Shown here in pieces: positions 30,186 through 40,204 of a stretch of 50,200 nucleotides of DNA (its first letter is position 1; each line of letters begins with the position of its first letter). The stretch lies in the NCBI GenBank assembly GCA_050745645.1, contig JBOGJZ010000221.1:1-50200 (forward strand), read 5' to 3'. A program made the position numbers and the translations under genes. Below the pieces are notes generated by a model that did no database searches, had not been told where the DNA came from, and saw only the letters and a program-made list of their open reading frames with translations. Source of the DNA: Terriglobia bacterium. GTDB taxonomy: Bacteria; Acidobacteriota; Terriglobia; UBA7540.

Positions 30186-30224
30186 CGCCGCGCGATCTGA
30201 GGAAACGGCGCATTCGATGGCGAG

Positions 30225-30349
30225 GTCATTCTGAGCGCAGCGAAGAATCTAACTCTGAAAATAAAGCTCTTGCGAGATTCCTCCATCGCTTCGCTCAGGA
30301 CCGCCTGTGGCTCCTCGGAATGACAGGCCAGGCGACCTTTTCAGCAACC
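30225..30349. repeat. GTCATTCTGAGC-family element between the convergent argJ and purB
   Basis: GTCATTCTGAGCGCAGCGAAGAATCT ... CTCGGAATGAC, then TTTTCAGCAACC; close homologue of 35825-35948. Confidence 0.8.
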
Positions 30350-30367
30350 TATGGGTCTTGATCTGCT

Positions 30368-31666
30368 TCAATGTGATTCGAAGACGCGGCGGAAGATGGC
30401 GTCCACGTATCGCAGTTGGCGCTTCAGAGAAAAGGCCCGGGCGATATCGCGCGGAGAAAGATAGCGACGAATGTCAGCGTCGCGCTCCACTAAAGCGCGG
30501 AAGTCCTCGCGGGTTTTCCAGACCTGCATCGCGTTGCGTTGCACCCAGCGGTAGGCGTCCTCGCGGGAGGCGCCGCGCTCGGCAAGATCAAGCAGAAGCT
30601 GGCCGGAAAAGACGAGACCCTTCAGAAGATCAAGATTTTCGAGCATTCGTTCCGGGTAGACCAAGAGCGTCTCTACCAATGTGGCGGTTTTGTCGAGCAT
30701 GGTATCGAGCAGAATGGTGGAATCCGGAAGGATGATGCGCTCGACCGAAGAATGCGAGATATCGCGCTCATGCCACAGCGCTACGTTTTCGAGCGCCGCC
30801 TGAGCGTTGGCCCTCACTACCCTCGCCAGGCCGCAAATCTGCTCGGCGGTCACCGGATTGCGCTTGTGCGGCATTGCCGAAGATCCCTTCTGGCCAGCGG
30901 CGAAATACTCTTCGGCTTCCCGCACTTCGGTGCGCTGCAGGCCGCGTATTTCCAGTGCGATCTTCTCAAGCGAGGCGGCGATCACTGCCAGCGTGCACAA
31001 ATAAAATGCATGGCGGTCCCGCTGAATGACCTGTGAAGAAATGGGCGCAGCCTCCAGGCCCAGCCGCGCGCAGATTTTCCGCTCAAGCGCCGGACTCAAG
31101 TGAGCAAACGTGCCGGTCGCGCCGGAGATTTTGCCAACGCGCATCTGTCCGGCGGCGTAAGCCAGACGCTCCGCATTGCGCTGATTTTCCGCGTACCAGT
31201 TGGCGAGCTTTAAACCGAAGGTGATGGGCTCTGCGTGGATTCCGTGAGTCCGGCCCACCATAGGCGTATCCTTGAATTCAAAGGCGCGCTTCTTGAGCGC
31301 CGCGCCCAGCCGCGTAAGCCCGGCCGCGAGCTCTTGCGAAGCCTCGCGCACAAGCAGCGCCTGAGCTGTATCCACCACGTCACTGGAGGTAAGGCCATAG
31401 TGCAGATACCTCGCCTCGCGCCCGACGTGGCTGGCAACGTTGGTGGTGAAGGCAATCACGTCGTGCTTCACCTCTTTTTCAATCGCATGGATTCGCTCTA
31501 CCTCGAAGCGTCCATGACGCCGGATGGCGCGCGCGGCGCGCGCCGGAATCAACCCCGCCTCAGCCTCAGCTTCGGCAGCGGCGATCTCCACCTCCAGCCA
31601 TTTGCGGAATCTGTTTTCTTCGCTCCAGATGCGGCCCATTTCCGGGCGCGTGTAACGCGAAATCAT
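30368..31666 (-). CDS. purB: Adenylosuccinate lyase
   Basis: MISRYTRPEM, KHDVIAF, HYGLTSSDV, GRTHGIHAEP, GSSAMPHKRNP, HERDISHSSVER; ATG after AGGAG. Confidence 0.97.
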   Translation of the reverse strand: MISRYTRPEMGRIWSEENRFRKWLEVEIAAAEAEAEAGLIPARAARAIRRHGRFEVERIHAIEKEVKHDVIAFTTNVASHVGREARYLHYGLTSSDVVDTAQALLVREASQELAAGLTRLGAALKKRAFEFKDTPMVGRTHGIHAEPITFGLKLANWYAENQRNAERLAYAAGQMRVGKISGATGTFAHLSPALERKICARLGLEAAPISSQVIQRDRHAFYLCTLAVIAASLEKIALEIRGLQRTEVREAEEYFAAGQKGSSAMPHKRNPVTAEQICGLARVVRANAQAALENVALWHERDISHSSVERIILPDSTILLDTMLDKTATLVETLLVYPERMLENLDLLKGLVFSGQLLLDLAERGASREDAYRWVQRNAMQVWKTREDFRALVERDADIRRYLSPRDIARAFSLKRQLRYVDAIFRRVFESH

Positions 31667-31879
31667 AAGCGTGTCTCCTGGGCCAGCAAGCGCGTGGCGC
31701 TTGAGAGGATTTCGCGCCGGCAGGTTATGGAGTGCGAGACCTTGGTTCCACTTTCTGGTCTGGAAGCAAGCTTCCGGCCAATCCGCAGCCGAAGCCGCGC
31801 CGGAAATAACAAAGGTCCGCCCCACGGCAGGGCGTTCGTGTATGACCGCTCCTTAAGACGTCTGATTCGGATGTTCGTT

Positions 31880-32176
31880 TTAGCGGCTGCCGTTGCGCTT
31901 GACCAGCTTATCTACAACGTCGATGAGGGTGTTAAGTTTGTAATCCGTCTCTTGAAAGCGCCGGTTGGTTTCTTCGCCTAGCCTTTCAAGGCTGGCGGCA
32001 AGCGACAAGCCGACGTCCACAAGGGTTCTGAAGCGTTCTTCGTGCTTTGACTGCGTTTCCAGGATGGCCTGGATGGTGACGTCATGCTTGGCCTGCGTTT
32101 CCAGGATGGCCTGGATGGTGACATCATGCTTGGCCTGCATTTCCAGGATGAACAGGATGGTTTTTTCCACGTCCAT
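31880..32176 (-). CDS. Small coiled-coil hypothetical protein with 14-aa repeats
   Basis: MDVEKTILFILEM(QAKHDVTIQAILET)x2QSKHEERF...TDYKLNTLIDVVDKL; heptad character. Confidence 0.7.
   Translation of the reverse strand: MDVEKTILFILEMQAKHDVTIQAILETQAKHDVTIQAILETQSKHEERFRTLVDVGLSLAASLERLGEETNRRFQETDYKLNTLIDVVDKLVKRNGSR
32051..32150. repeat. 42-bp tandem repeat (about 2.4 copies)
   Basis: CTGCGTTTCCAGGATGGCCTGGATGGTGAC(G/A)TCATGCTTGGC at 32051 and 32093, partial copy at 32135. Confidence 0.9.
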
Positions 32177-32224
32177 AAAGCGAATTTTACCACGGTGAGC
32201 GCCAAAAGCGCTAAACCGGTACGC

Positions 32225-32233
32225 TGTTATAAT
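32225..32233 (+). promoter_or_regulatory. Extended -10 element TGtTATAAT
   Basis: Perfect TGn-TATAAT overlapping ATG 32232, so ATG 32250 is the more plausible start. Confidence 0.5.
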
Positions 32234-32249
32234 GGCAAAGCCTGAGCCG

Positions 32250-33833
32250 ATGAATTCAAACTTTTCCAAGAGCGCGCTCGAAGAAATCAAAGCCGAGATA
32301 GAAGCCTTTTTGCGATCGGGCGGGAATCCGGTCGCAATCGAAGATGGCCGGGAGCTGTTTGACCCTGCCAGCGCGGAATGGCGGCTGACGCTTGAATTCG
32401 GCAAGTTGTTGCTTGAAGCTTGGCAACCCGGACGCTCGATGGTGCGGCGCATCGAGGAGGTGGCCTACCGGGAACCGTCCAGCATGGGACTGTTCGTTCG
32501 CAAGCCGGGAAGCCGCGTCACCACGGTTCTCGAATTGCGCCCGTCCGGTCAAAGGGGCGAAGCTCCACAGAGGAAATCGCGTGATGCTTTCCGTTGTGAG
32601 CTGTTGGCTTTTCTCGAGCAGCAGTACCCCGATTGGCGCTTTGACAGGGTGAGCAGCCGCTCGAACCGCGAGCATTCGTTTTCCGCATGGTACGCTCGCG
32701 GCATGGCGAGGCGCGGCAGGAGCGCGTGGGCGTTCATCGGACTCACGGCCTCGGAATCCCTTGCCGCTTCGGACGCGGCGCTCGCGTATGGCCTGAACTG
32801 GTTTGACACGCTGCGCCGGACTCGCACCGAGTTTGTGATTTCTGGACTTAAACTTTTCCTTCCATCTTCTGCCATCGAGATCACAGCGCACCGGGCCGCT
32901 TGGCTGAATCCACAGGCTGTCAATGTTCAGATATTTCAATGGCCCGGCGCGCCGGGCCGGCTCGAGCCTGTGGACTTGAAGGACTATGGCAACGTGAAAA
33001 CTCGACTCACGCCGCGAAAACGCCCTGATCTGTGGCTTGAACGGCATCGCGAGTTTATAAACCGCATCTTTGGCGATTTGCTGTTGTGCTTAGACCTCGT
33101 TCCGGCTCCCCGCGGCCAGGGGCTTTCGATCCGGGTACAGGGGATTGAGGTTGGCCGGCTGGAGGGGCAGGTTATCCCGCGGCTGAGCTGGGGATTAGAA
33201 GGCGGCGAGAGAGTATACAAGGAAGGACAATCGGGAGCGCTCCGCGAGTTCATACGCCGCGTAATCGAAGTTCGAAGCGCCGGCTCGAAAGAGAAAGCCG
33301 ATCCGCTTTATCGCTTGCAGCCGGAGCGATGGCTCGAGTCTATCTTAGTGCGGGACGTGAGCAGAATCGATCCTGCGCTCAGCGCGTGCGATGCTTATCC
33401 CCAAGTCCCGGCGTTTTCCGGCGGGGATCGCGGCGTTGTGGATATCCTGAGCGTGCTCCGGGACGGCAGACTCGCGGTGATAGAGCTCAAAATCGACGAG
33501 GATATCGTGCTGCCATTTCAGGGTCTTGACTACTGGATGCGGGTGAAGTGGCTGAACGAGCGGGCGCAATTCCGCCCGGCGGGTTATTTCCCGGGGCTTG
33601 AGCTGACTCAAGCGGCGCCCCGGCTTTACTTAGTATCTCCAGCCTTCCGGTTTCACTCGTCGAACGAGCGCCTCATCTATTACCTGCACCCGTCAATTGA
33701 AATCATCAAGACCGGCCTCAACCAGCAATGGCGGGAAGAAATTAAAGTCCTGTTCCGGCGCCGTGTGCATCCTTACGATCCGGCCGCTCAGCTTGATCCG
33801 CCGTTGCCGCCCGGCTTGCGGCAAAAAGCGTAA
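32250..33833 (+). CDS. Hypothetical protein with a C-terminal PD-(D/E)XK nuclease-like domain
   Basis: PERWLES (motif I E), RGVVDILSV..DGRLAVIELK (D...ExK), QGLDYW (QxxxY), as in NucS/RecB-type folds. Confidence 0.7.
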   Translation: MNSNFSKSALEEIKAEIEAFLRSGGNPVAIEDGRELFDPASAEWRLTLEFGKLLLEAWQPGRSMVRRIEEVAYREPSSMGLFVRKPGSRVTTVLELRPSGQRGEAPQRKSRDAFRCELLAFLEQQYPDWRFDRVSSRSNREHSFSAWYARGMARRGRSAWAFIGLTASESLAASDAALAYGLNWFDTLRRTRTEFVISGLKLFLPSSAIEITAHRAAWLNPQAVNVQIFQWPGAPGRLEPVDLKDYGNVKTRLTPRKRPDLWLERHREFINRIFGDLLLCLDLVPAPRGQGLSIRVQGIEVGRLEGQVIPRLSWGLEGGERVYKEGQSGALREFIRRVIEVRSAGSKEKADPLYRLQPERWLESILVRDVSRIDPALSACDAYPQVPAFSGGDRGVVDILSVLRDGRLAVIELKIDEDIVLPFQGLDYWMRVKWLNERAQFRPAGYFPGLELTQAAPRLYLVSPAFRFHSSNERLIYYLHPSIEIIKTGLNQQWREEIKVLFRRRVHPYDPAAQLDPPLPPGLRQKA

Positions 33834-34492
33834 TGCGCAGGGGCGGAATATGGGAGCCATCGTGGTGAAAGGAGCCGGTTCAGGATGGCGGATGGGATGC
33901 GGCGGGCGTACTTGAAGCGCAGGTATTCTTCCGTAAGGATCGCCACGTTTGAAAAGCACGAGCCTAGCAGACAAGCGAATTCCTCGCGATCAAAGCCGGC
34001 GTGGGCTCCTGCTTCATTGCGAAACTGGCCACGCAGCCGCGCCAGCCAGTCCTCAGCGTTCCAGGCAATTTTTTGCCAGGTGGAAGCGTCGAACGAACCG
34101 AGATAGCCTACAAGGCGAGTGCGATTCGGCACTCCGGCATAGAACCATCCTCCGGGGAGCAGGACGCGGCTTGCTTCAGCAACGGCTTGCGCGGGATCAC
34201 CCACATGTTCGAGGGAATGGAGAGCGACGGCAAAATCGAAAACGCCGGATCTGAACGGGAGCCGGAGCGCGTCTCCCAGAACTACGCGGCGCCTGGATCT
34301 TAGCGAGAAACGGTTTTCTACATCGATTCCAAATACCCTGGCGCCGAGCGCGCTGCCAATGTAGGCAACCTCATCGCCGTTCCCGCAGCCGATGACCACT
34401 CCTGTGGCGTTTTGACGGTTTCCGATTTTAGCCCGCAATTGCTCGCAGCAATGAGCTACCATTGCGGCCGCTGAAATGGCGTCGTCACTCAT
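33788..34492 (-). CDS. Class I SAM-dependent methyltransferase
   Basis: VIGCGNG, GIDV, GDALRLPFRSGVFD, SLEHV.DP, RVLLPGG; 3' end overlaps the convergent gene by 46 nt. Confidence 0.85.
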   Translation of the reverse strand: MSDDAISAAAMVAHCCEQLRAKIGNRQNATGVVIGCGNGDEVAYIGSALGARVFGIDVENRFSLRSRRRVVLGDALRLPFRSGVFDFAVALHSLEHVGDPAQAVAEASRVLLPGGWFYAGVPNRTRLVGYLGSFDASTWQKIAWNAEDWLARLRGQFRNEAGAHAGFDREEFACLLGSCFSNVAILTEEYLRFKYARRIPSAILNRLLSPRWLPYSAPAHYAFCRKPGGNGGSS

Positions 34493-34623
34493 GGAATTTC
34501 AAAAGGGAAAGAAGGCTTGAGGATAGGAGCGAGTCAGTTCAGGACGACAGGCGAAACCTATTTTTACTATCTTGCTAAGCGAAGATGTGATGCATCACTC
34601 GCGTCATTGGAGGCGCTAGCTCG

Positions 34624-35790
34624 TTACCGCAGCACGACCAAGGGGTTCTCGGCCGCAGCAGCGGGCGGCGCAACCTCCGGTTTCGATGTGAGGCCGGCTG
34701 TCTTGTCCGCCACAAATCGCTCGATCTCTTCAAGCAGCGCGGGAACGATCTCCTCTTCCTTGACCCTGCGGATGGCTTTCCCTTCTCTGTAAATCATGCC
34801 GTTTCCCCGCCCTGCCGCTACACCCAGATCGGACTCCCGCGCTTCTCCTGGTCCGTTCACAGCACAGCCCATCACGGCCAGTGATAAAGGCATTTTGATG
34901 TGCGCTGTGGCCTGCTCAATTTCCGCAGCGATTTTGAACAGATCGACTTCCAATCTTCCGCAGGTGGGGCAAGCTACCACCACGGGGCCGCGGCTGCGCA
35001 ACTCCAGTGATTTTAAGAGCTCGTAGCCGACGCGAATCTCCTCGACAGGGTTAGTAGCCAGTGAAACCCGGATCGTATCACCGATGCCTTCAGCCAGAAG
35101 CATGCCCATCCCGACACAGGATTTCACCGTGCCCGTGAATTGCGTTCCCGCCTCTGTGATTCCGAGGTGCAACGGGTAATCAACTTGTTTCGAGAGGAGC
35201 CGGTAGGCCGCAACAGCGAGCTTTACGTTGGAAGCTTTTAAGGAGATGATCGTGCCGGTGAAGCCGAGGTCTTCCAGAATCTGGATGTGATAAAGGGCGC
35301 TTTCCACCATCGCTTCAGGCGTGGGATAACCGTACTTTTCCAGCAGCCGCCTTTCGAGCGAGCCTGCATTCACGCCTATGCGGATCGGCACGTGCTGCTC
35401 CTGCGCCCGGCGAACGACGGTTCGGACCTTTTCCGCGTCGCCGATGTTGCCGGGGTTGATGCGCAGCTTGTCGATTCCGGCGTCTAGAGCCATGAGAGCA
35501 AACTTGTACTGAAAATGAATGTCAGAGACCAGAATAGAATCAGGGCAGAGTTTGCGGATTTCAACCAGAGCCTTGGCGGCTTCGATGTCAGGCACGGCAA
35601 GGCGCACGATTTCGCAGCCGGCCGCCTCCATCTCATGAACCTGCGCCACCGTCTTCTCAACATCCCGGGTATCCGTCTTGGTCATCGACTGCACGGCGAT
35701 AGGGGCGCCGCCGCCGACGGTCAGCCGCCCGACTTTGACCGGCCGAGTCTTGCGGCGGGGCGGAAAGTGCTCGGTGTCGCTAAAGTTCAT
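34624..35790 (-). CDS. ispG: (E)-4-hydroxy-3-methylbut-2-enyl diphosphate synthase
   Basis: VQSMT, SDIHF, RINPGNIG, RIGVNAGSLE, HLGITEAG, GIGDTIRVSL, CPTCGR, MGCAVNGPGE. Confidence 0.97.
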   Translation of the reverse strand: MNFSDTEHFPPRRKTRPVKVGRLTVGGGAPIAVQSMTKTDTRDVEKTVAQVHEMEAAGCEIVRLAVPDIEAAKALVEIRKLCPDSILVSDIHFQYKFALMALDAGIDKLRINPGNIGDAEKVRTVVRRAQEQHVPIRIGVNAGSLERRLLEKYGYPTPEAMVESALYHIQILEDLGFTGTIISLKASNVKLAVAAYRLLSKQVDYPLHLGITEAGTQFTGTVKSCVGMGMLLAEGIGDTIRVSLATNPVEEIRVGYELLKSLELRSRGPVVVACPTCGRLEVDLFKIAAEIEQATAHIKMPLSLAVMGCAVNGPGEARESDLGVAAGRGNGMIYREGKAIRRVKEEEIVPALLEEIERFVADKTAGLTSKPEVAPPAAAAENPLVVLR

Positions 35791-35824
35791 GGCTCAACTC
35801 CTCGGTAGTCCCGTCTCTAACAGA

Positions 35825-35948
35825 TTGCTGAAAAACGTTCCCGAGCGGTGTCATTCCGAGTGCAGCGAGAAATCTCACGCTGAAAATGAATCCCTTGCGA
35901 GATTCCTCGCTGCGCTCGGAATGACAGGCTAGGCTATTTTTTCAGCAA
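35825..35948. repeat. TTGCTGAAAAA...TTTTTCAGCAA element enclosing a GTCATTCCGAG palindrome
   Basis: Outer 11-bp IR; inner GTCATTCCGAGTGCAGCGAG ... CTCGCTGCGCTCGGAATGAC. Confidence 0.8.
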
Positions 35949-35970
35949 CCCCCGAAATGGCGGCGCATGT

Positions 35971-37302
35971 TCAGTAGCGCCCAATAGCCTTTACGATGTC
36001 ATTATACGTCACGAATACAACGAGCAGCAGCAACAAAAACAGGCCCGCCTGAACGACGCGCTCTTTCATTCGCAGGCTTAAGTCCCGCCGCATCATTCCC
36101 TCAATCAGGAGCAGCAGAATCATGCCGCCGTCCAGAATAGGAATCGGCAGCAAGTTGAAGATGCCGAGCTGCAGACTGATAAAGGCAACGAGGGTAAGCA
36201 GGTCCGAAATCCCGGCGCGGTATGCTTCGCCGGAAATCTGTGCGATCCCGATCGGCCCTGAAAGCGACCGCGCAGACATGCGCCTGCTCAGGATTTTCTT
36301 AAGCACGACGAATGTTGCTGTGGTGCTTCGGACGTTATCATCAATAGACGCAGTGATGGCGTTCGTCCAGGGAAGTTGTCTGACGACCATATCGGTGCGC
36401 GCGGTCACGCCGATAAGCCACCGGCTCTGCCCTGAAACCGATCGATGCGCCGGCTGCAATTTGACCTTGAAGTCTTTACCGTCGCGCTCGACCGTGAGTA
36501 CCACGGGTTTGCCGGCGTCTGACTGCAGCGCGGAGGCGAGACGCTGCCAGCAAGGAACGCTTTCTGAGCCGACCGCGAGCACCTTGTCTCCCGGCTCGAG
36601 CCCGGCGCGGCCGGCAGGCATGCCCTGCTCGACGCCGCCGACAACGCTTGGAAGGCAGGGATATAACCCTGCGTAGCCTATCTGGTTTACCCCTTCTGCC
36701 TTCGGAACCAAGGAGATATTCAGCAAGTGGCCGTGGCGAAGCACTTCCATGGGGATAACTTGTCCAATCGTGGTGAGGATCTTCAGTTGCAAGTCTTCCC
36801 ATTTCGGATGTTCCAAATTACCAGCGCGAACGATCACGTCTCCCGGCTCTAGACCCGCCGCGGAAGCGGGAGAACTGGGCTGCACGTCTCCAATGCGGGC
36901 GGGTTGTTCTTCGTAAGCCGGCTTTTGGTAATGGTAATGGTATAGGGCCGCCAAAATCACGAACGCAGTCATAATGTTCATGAACGGACCCGCTACGGCG
37001 ATAAAAAATCGCTGCCATCTCGGATGCGCGAGAAAGTCTCCGGGGTCATCCTTGTGGGGTTCGGATGGGTCTTCGCCTGACATCTTGACGTATCCACCGA
37101 GCGGGAGAATGCTGAGGCGGTAATCGGTTCCGCCACGCTCGAACCCGGCAAGGCGCGTGCCGAAACCTAACGAGAAAACCAGGACCCTGACGCCAAAGCG
37201 CTTCGCGGCGATGAAGTGGCCTAACTCGTGGACGAAAATCATGAAGCCTAGAACCACTGCCACCACAACGATGTCGGTAACAACACTGGAAAGAACGTTC
37301 AA
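35971..37302 (-). CDS. rseP: RIP metalloprotease RseP
   Basis: HELGH, PLGGYVKM, AGPFMN, two PDZ domains, FNLLPIPILDGG; TTG start next to the dxr stop after GGAG. Confidence 0.95.
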   Translation of the reverse strand: MNVLSSVVTDIVVVAVVLGFMIFVHELGHFIAAKRFGVRVLVFSLGFGTRLAGFERGGTDYRLSILPLGGYVKMSGEDPSEPHKDDPGDFLAHPRWQRFFIAVAGPFMNIMTAFVILAALYHYHYQKPAYEEQPARIGDVQPSSPASAAGLEPGDVIVRAGNLEHPKWEDLQLKILTTIGQVIPMEVLRHGHLLNISLVPKAEGVNQIGYAGLYPCLPSVVGGVEQGMPAGRAGLEPGDKVLAVGSESVPCWQRLASALQSDAGKPVVLTVERDGKDFKVKLQPAHRSVSGQSRWLIGVTARTDMVVRQLPWTNAITASIDDNVRSTTATFVVLKKILSRRMSARSLSGPIGIAQISGEAYRAGISDLLTLVAFISLQLGIFNLLPIPILDGGMILLLLIEGMMRRDLSLRMKERVVQAGLFLLLLLVVFVTYNDIVKAIGRY

Positions 37303-37303
37303 A

Positions 37304-38494
37304 CTAAGCTCCTTGCCGCACGCAGTCAGCAGCAATTTCGGCTGCCCAGAGCCGGGCGTCGTGGTCACACTCGATCACATCGCCGATACAACTGAAACGC
37401 GCCTGGGGCGCTCGCCGCATGACTCTTTCAATGATGCTGGGAATGGATGGGAAAGATATCCGGCGGTCCAGGAACGCGCTGACGGCCACCTCGTCCGCGG
37501 CATTCAGCACGCAGGGAAGACATCCACCCTCTTCAATCGCCGCCCGGCCGAGCTCCAGGCACGGGAAACGGCGGATGTCGGGCTGCTGAAAGTTTAAATG
37601 GCCTATAGCCGCCAGATCGAGCGTCAGGGCGTCGTCGCTAGCCGTCAGACGCTCAGGATAAGTCAGAGCGTACTGAATGGGGATCCGCATATCAGCGACC
37701 GCAAGCTGCGCCATGACACATCTATCGTCAAATTCTATCATGGAATGAATGATAGACTCCGGGTGGATGACCACCTCGATTTGCTTTGGGCTCAGGCCAA
37801 ACAACCAATGCGCTTCGATTATTTCCAACCCTTTATTCATCAGCGTGGCTGAGTCCACGGTGATCCGGCCGCCCATTCGCCATACTGGGTGGTTGAGCGC
37901 CTGGCCGGGAGTAATGGACTCAAATTTATGAATCGGGGTCTCGAGGAACGGCCCCCCGGAGCCGGTCAAGATTAGCCGGCGGACTTCCCTGGATGCGCCC
38001 GTGCGCAGGCACTGATGAATCGCACAGTGCTCGCTGTCGATGGGGAGAATCCCGGCGCCGCTTTTGGCCGCCTCGCTTGATACCAGACCTCCAGCGACAA
38101 CCAACGTCTCTTTGTTGGCCAACGCCACTCGCTTCCCCGCCTGAACCGCCGCAAACGTGGCTAGCAGCCCTGTCACGCCGTGAGAAGCAGAGACTACGGT
38201 GCTCACTTCCGGGAGGGTTGCTGCTTCCGCCCGTCCCTCAGCCTCCGCGGTAATCCGGACCGGCTGGCAGTACCCCTGCGCTTCAAGCGCCCGGCGAAGC
38301 GGTTCAACCGATTCCCACGAGCCTACAGCGGCAAGCAATGGCTTGAACTCAGCAATCTGCCGCGCCAACAATTCCACGTTCTTGCCGGCGCACAGGGCGA
38401 TCACTCGAAACCGGTCCGAAAGACTTCTGACAACCTGCAGGCAGTTCTCACCGATTGAGCCGGTCGAACCCAAAACACACAAGCCTTGAATCAT
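37304..38494 (-). CDS. dxr: 1-deoxy-D-xylulose-5-phosphate reductoisomerase
   Basis: LGSTGSIG, LANKETLV, PIDSEHCAI, TGSGGPF, HPVWRMG, DSATLMNKGLE, NAADEVAV. Confidence 0.97.
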   Translation of the reverse strand: MIQGLCVLGSTGSIGENCLQVVRSLSDRFRVIALCAGKNVELLARQIAEFKPLLAAVGSWESVEPLRRALEAQGYCQPVRITAEAEGRAEAATLPEVSTVVSASHGVTGLLATFAAVQAGKRVALANKETLVVAGGLVSSEAAKSGAGILPIDSEHCAIHQCLRTGASREVRRLILTGSGGPFLETPIHKFESITPGQALNHPVWRMGGRITVDSATLMNKGLEIIEAHWLFGLSPKQIEVVIHPESIIHSMIEFDDRCVMAQLAVADMRIPIQYALTYPERLTASDDALTLDLAAIGHLNFQQPDIRRFPCLELGRAAIEEGGCLPCVLNAADEVAVSAFLDRRISFPSIPSIIERVMRRAPQARFSCIGDVIECDHDARLWAAEIAADCVRQGA

Positions 38495-38509
38495 CCGCGC
38501 TCTCCGCGA

Positions 38510-39340
38510 TTAATGCAGGATATCCCGAAGGATTAATGCTAGCCACAATACGGGCGCTCCGAACAACATGCTGTCGATGCGGTCTAGAATTCCGCCGTGG
38601 CCGGGAAGAACGGCGCCGGAGTCCTTGAGGCTTGCCGCCCGCTTGAACGCCGACTCCGTCAAGTCTCCGGCCTGCCCCGCCACAGCTACAGCCAGAGCCA
38701 GCAAAAGCGCTACCTTCCAGTCGTCTGTTCGCCAAAACCATCGCGCATAAGCTGACCCGAAAATAAGGCTGGCGGCCAGCCCCCCAATGGCTCCTTCGAC
38801 GGTCTTGTGGGGTGAAACCTTGGAGAACATGGGCGTATGCCCCAGAAGACGCCCAGTAAAGTACGCGAAAATATCGCCGGCGACAATTACGACGAGCAGC
38901 AGAAACACTAACTGCCGGCCGTCGGCAAGCGCGGAGCCGAGTCCTGAGAACCGTAATGGAAACAGGCAGGAGAGATTGAAGGCCACGTACAGTACCCCCA
39001 GGACCGTGATCGCCGCGCTTCCTGAATAACCATGCAAATCGGCGCTTTCCCAAATTCCGACCGCAAGCATCACCAGGCTTATCAGGGCTACTATGATTAG
39101 AGCTAAAAGCCCCTTATTCTCTAGTCCCGGCCACTGCGCCAAGCACACCAGCGCTCCGGCCGCATAGCCCATGACTGCGTAGGGTTTCATGCCTGCAAGT
39201 CGTCCAATTAGGAAAAACTCATGAAGAGCGCCCTCAACCAACGCGACTAAAGCCGCCATAAACAGCCAAGGTGGAGACCAGCCGGCCAGGTATAGAACCG
39301 GAACCAGGATACACACGGCTGTCAGAACGCGCTTTTTCAT
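38510..39340 (-). CDS. cdsA: Phosphatidate cytidylyltransferase
   Basis: DIFAYFTG, SPHKTVEG, GDLTESAFKR..KDSG..PGHGGILDRIDS. Confidence 0.95.
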   Translation of the reverse strand: MKKRVLTAVCILVPVLYLAGWSPPWLFMAALVALVEGALHEFFLIGRLAGMKPYAVMGYAAGALVCLAQWPGLENKGLLALIIVALISLVMLAVGIWESADLHGYSGSAAITVLGVLYVAFNLSCLFPLRFSGLGSALADGRQLVFLLLVVIVAGDIFAYFTGRLLGHTPMFSKVSPHKTVEGAIGGLAASLIFGSAYARWFWRTDDWKVALLLALAVAVAGQAGDLTESAFKRAASLKDSGAVLPGHGGILDRIDSMLFGAPVLWLALILRDILH

Positions 39341-39427
39341 TGGGTTGATGGGATTGCCGGCGCCCCTCTGTAGTTCATTATCAAGATGCCCAGGCCAGGA
39401 AACGGCTCACAGCGTCAGACATGCTGC

Positions 39428-40177
39428 TTAAGCAAGTCCCAATCCACCGTAACGCCGTTCACGCTTCTGATAGTCGAGGACCGCCTGGTAAAGGTGCCGG
39501 CGTTTGAAGTCCGGCCACAGCGTTTCCGTCACCCAGAACTCTGCGTATGCAATTTGCCATAGTAAGAAATTGCTGAGGCGCATCTCTCCGCTGGTCCGAA
39601 TTAAAAGATCGGGATCAGGAAGGCCGGCGCTATAGAGATGCTGGCTGATCGACCGCTCGCTCATTTCGACCCGCTTGCCTTGCTTTAGTTTGCGTGTGAG
39701 CTTCCGAAAAGCATCCACCAGTTCAGCACGAGAGCCATAATTCAAGGCCAGCGTCAGTTGCAGGCCTGCATGCCGCTCTGTTGCACGGAGGGCCATGCGC
39801 AGGTCCTGCTGGACCGTCTTGGGAAGCTCGTGGATGCGCCCGATCACTCTGAGCCTGATTTGGTGGCGCTTCATCTCCTCCATTTCCTTTTTCAGGTACT
39901 CGCGTAATAGCTCCATGAGCAGATGAACTTCCGCCTGGGGACGTTTCCAATTCTCTGCGGAGAATGCATACAGCGTTAGATAAGGAATACCGAGCCGCCG
40001 GCATGCCTCCACTCCTTGCCGCACGGCGCGCATGCCCGCCTGGTGGCCGGCGATTCGCGGCAAACGGCGCTTCTGCGCCCAGCGGCCGTTGCCGTCCATG
40101 ATGATCGCAATGTGCTGCGGGAGGCGGCGAAGATCAATTTGAGGAAGCAGCGTTGCGTCACTAATCCTTTGGGTCAC
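39428..40177 (-). CDS. uppS: Undecaprenyl diphosphate synthase
   Basis: HIAIIMDGNGRWA, YAFSAENWKRP, ALNYGSR, DLLIRTSGEMRLSNFLLWQ. Confidence 0.97.
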   Translation of the reverse strand: MTQRISDATLLPQIDLRRLPQHIAIIMDGNGRWAQKRRLPRIAGHQAGMRAVRQGVEACRRLGIPYLTLYAFSAENWKRPQAEVHLLMELLREYLKKEMEEMKRHQIRLRVIGRIHELPKTVQQDLRMALRATERHAGLQLTLALNYGSRAELVDAFRKLTRKLKQGKRVEMSERSISQHLYSAGLPDPDLLIRTSGEMRLSNFLLWQIAYAEFWVTETLWPDFKRRHLYQAVLDYQKRERRYGGLGLA

Positions 40178-40204
40178 GTGGGAGTGTTTGAATGCGTTTG
40201 GGAA

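Noticed and set aside
30128..30361. Short ORFs containing HSERSEES/LGMT-type peptides (also 35678-35932, 43651-43964, 46894-47440)
   Set aside because: They are translations of the palindromic repeats, not genes.
32250..34492. Restriction-modification pair
   Set aside because: The methyltransferase has small-molecule class I motifs and no DPPY/NPPY or PCQ motif; the genes are convergent.
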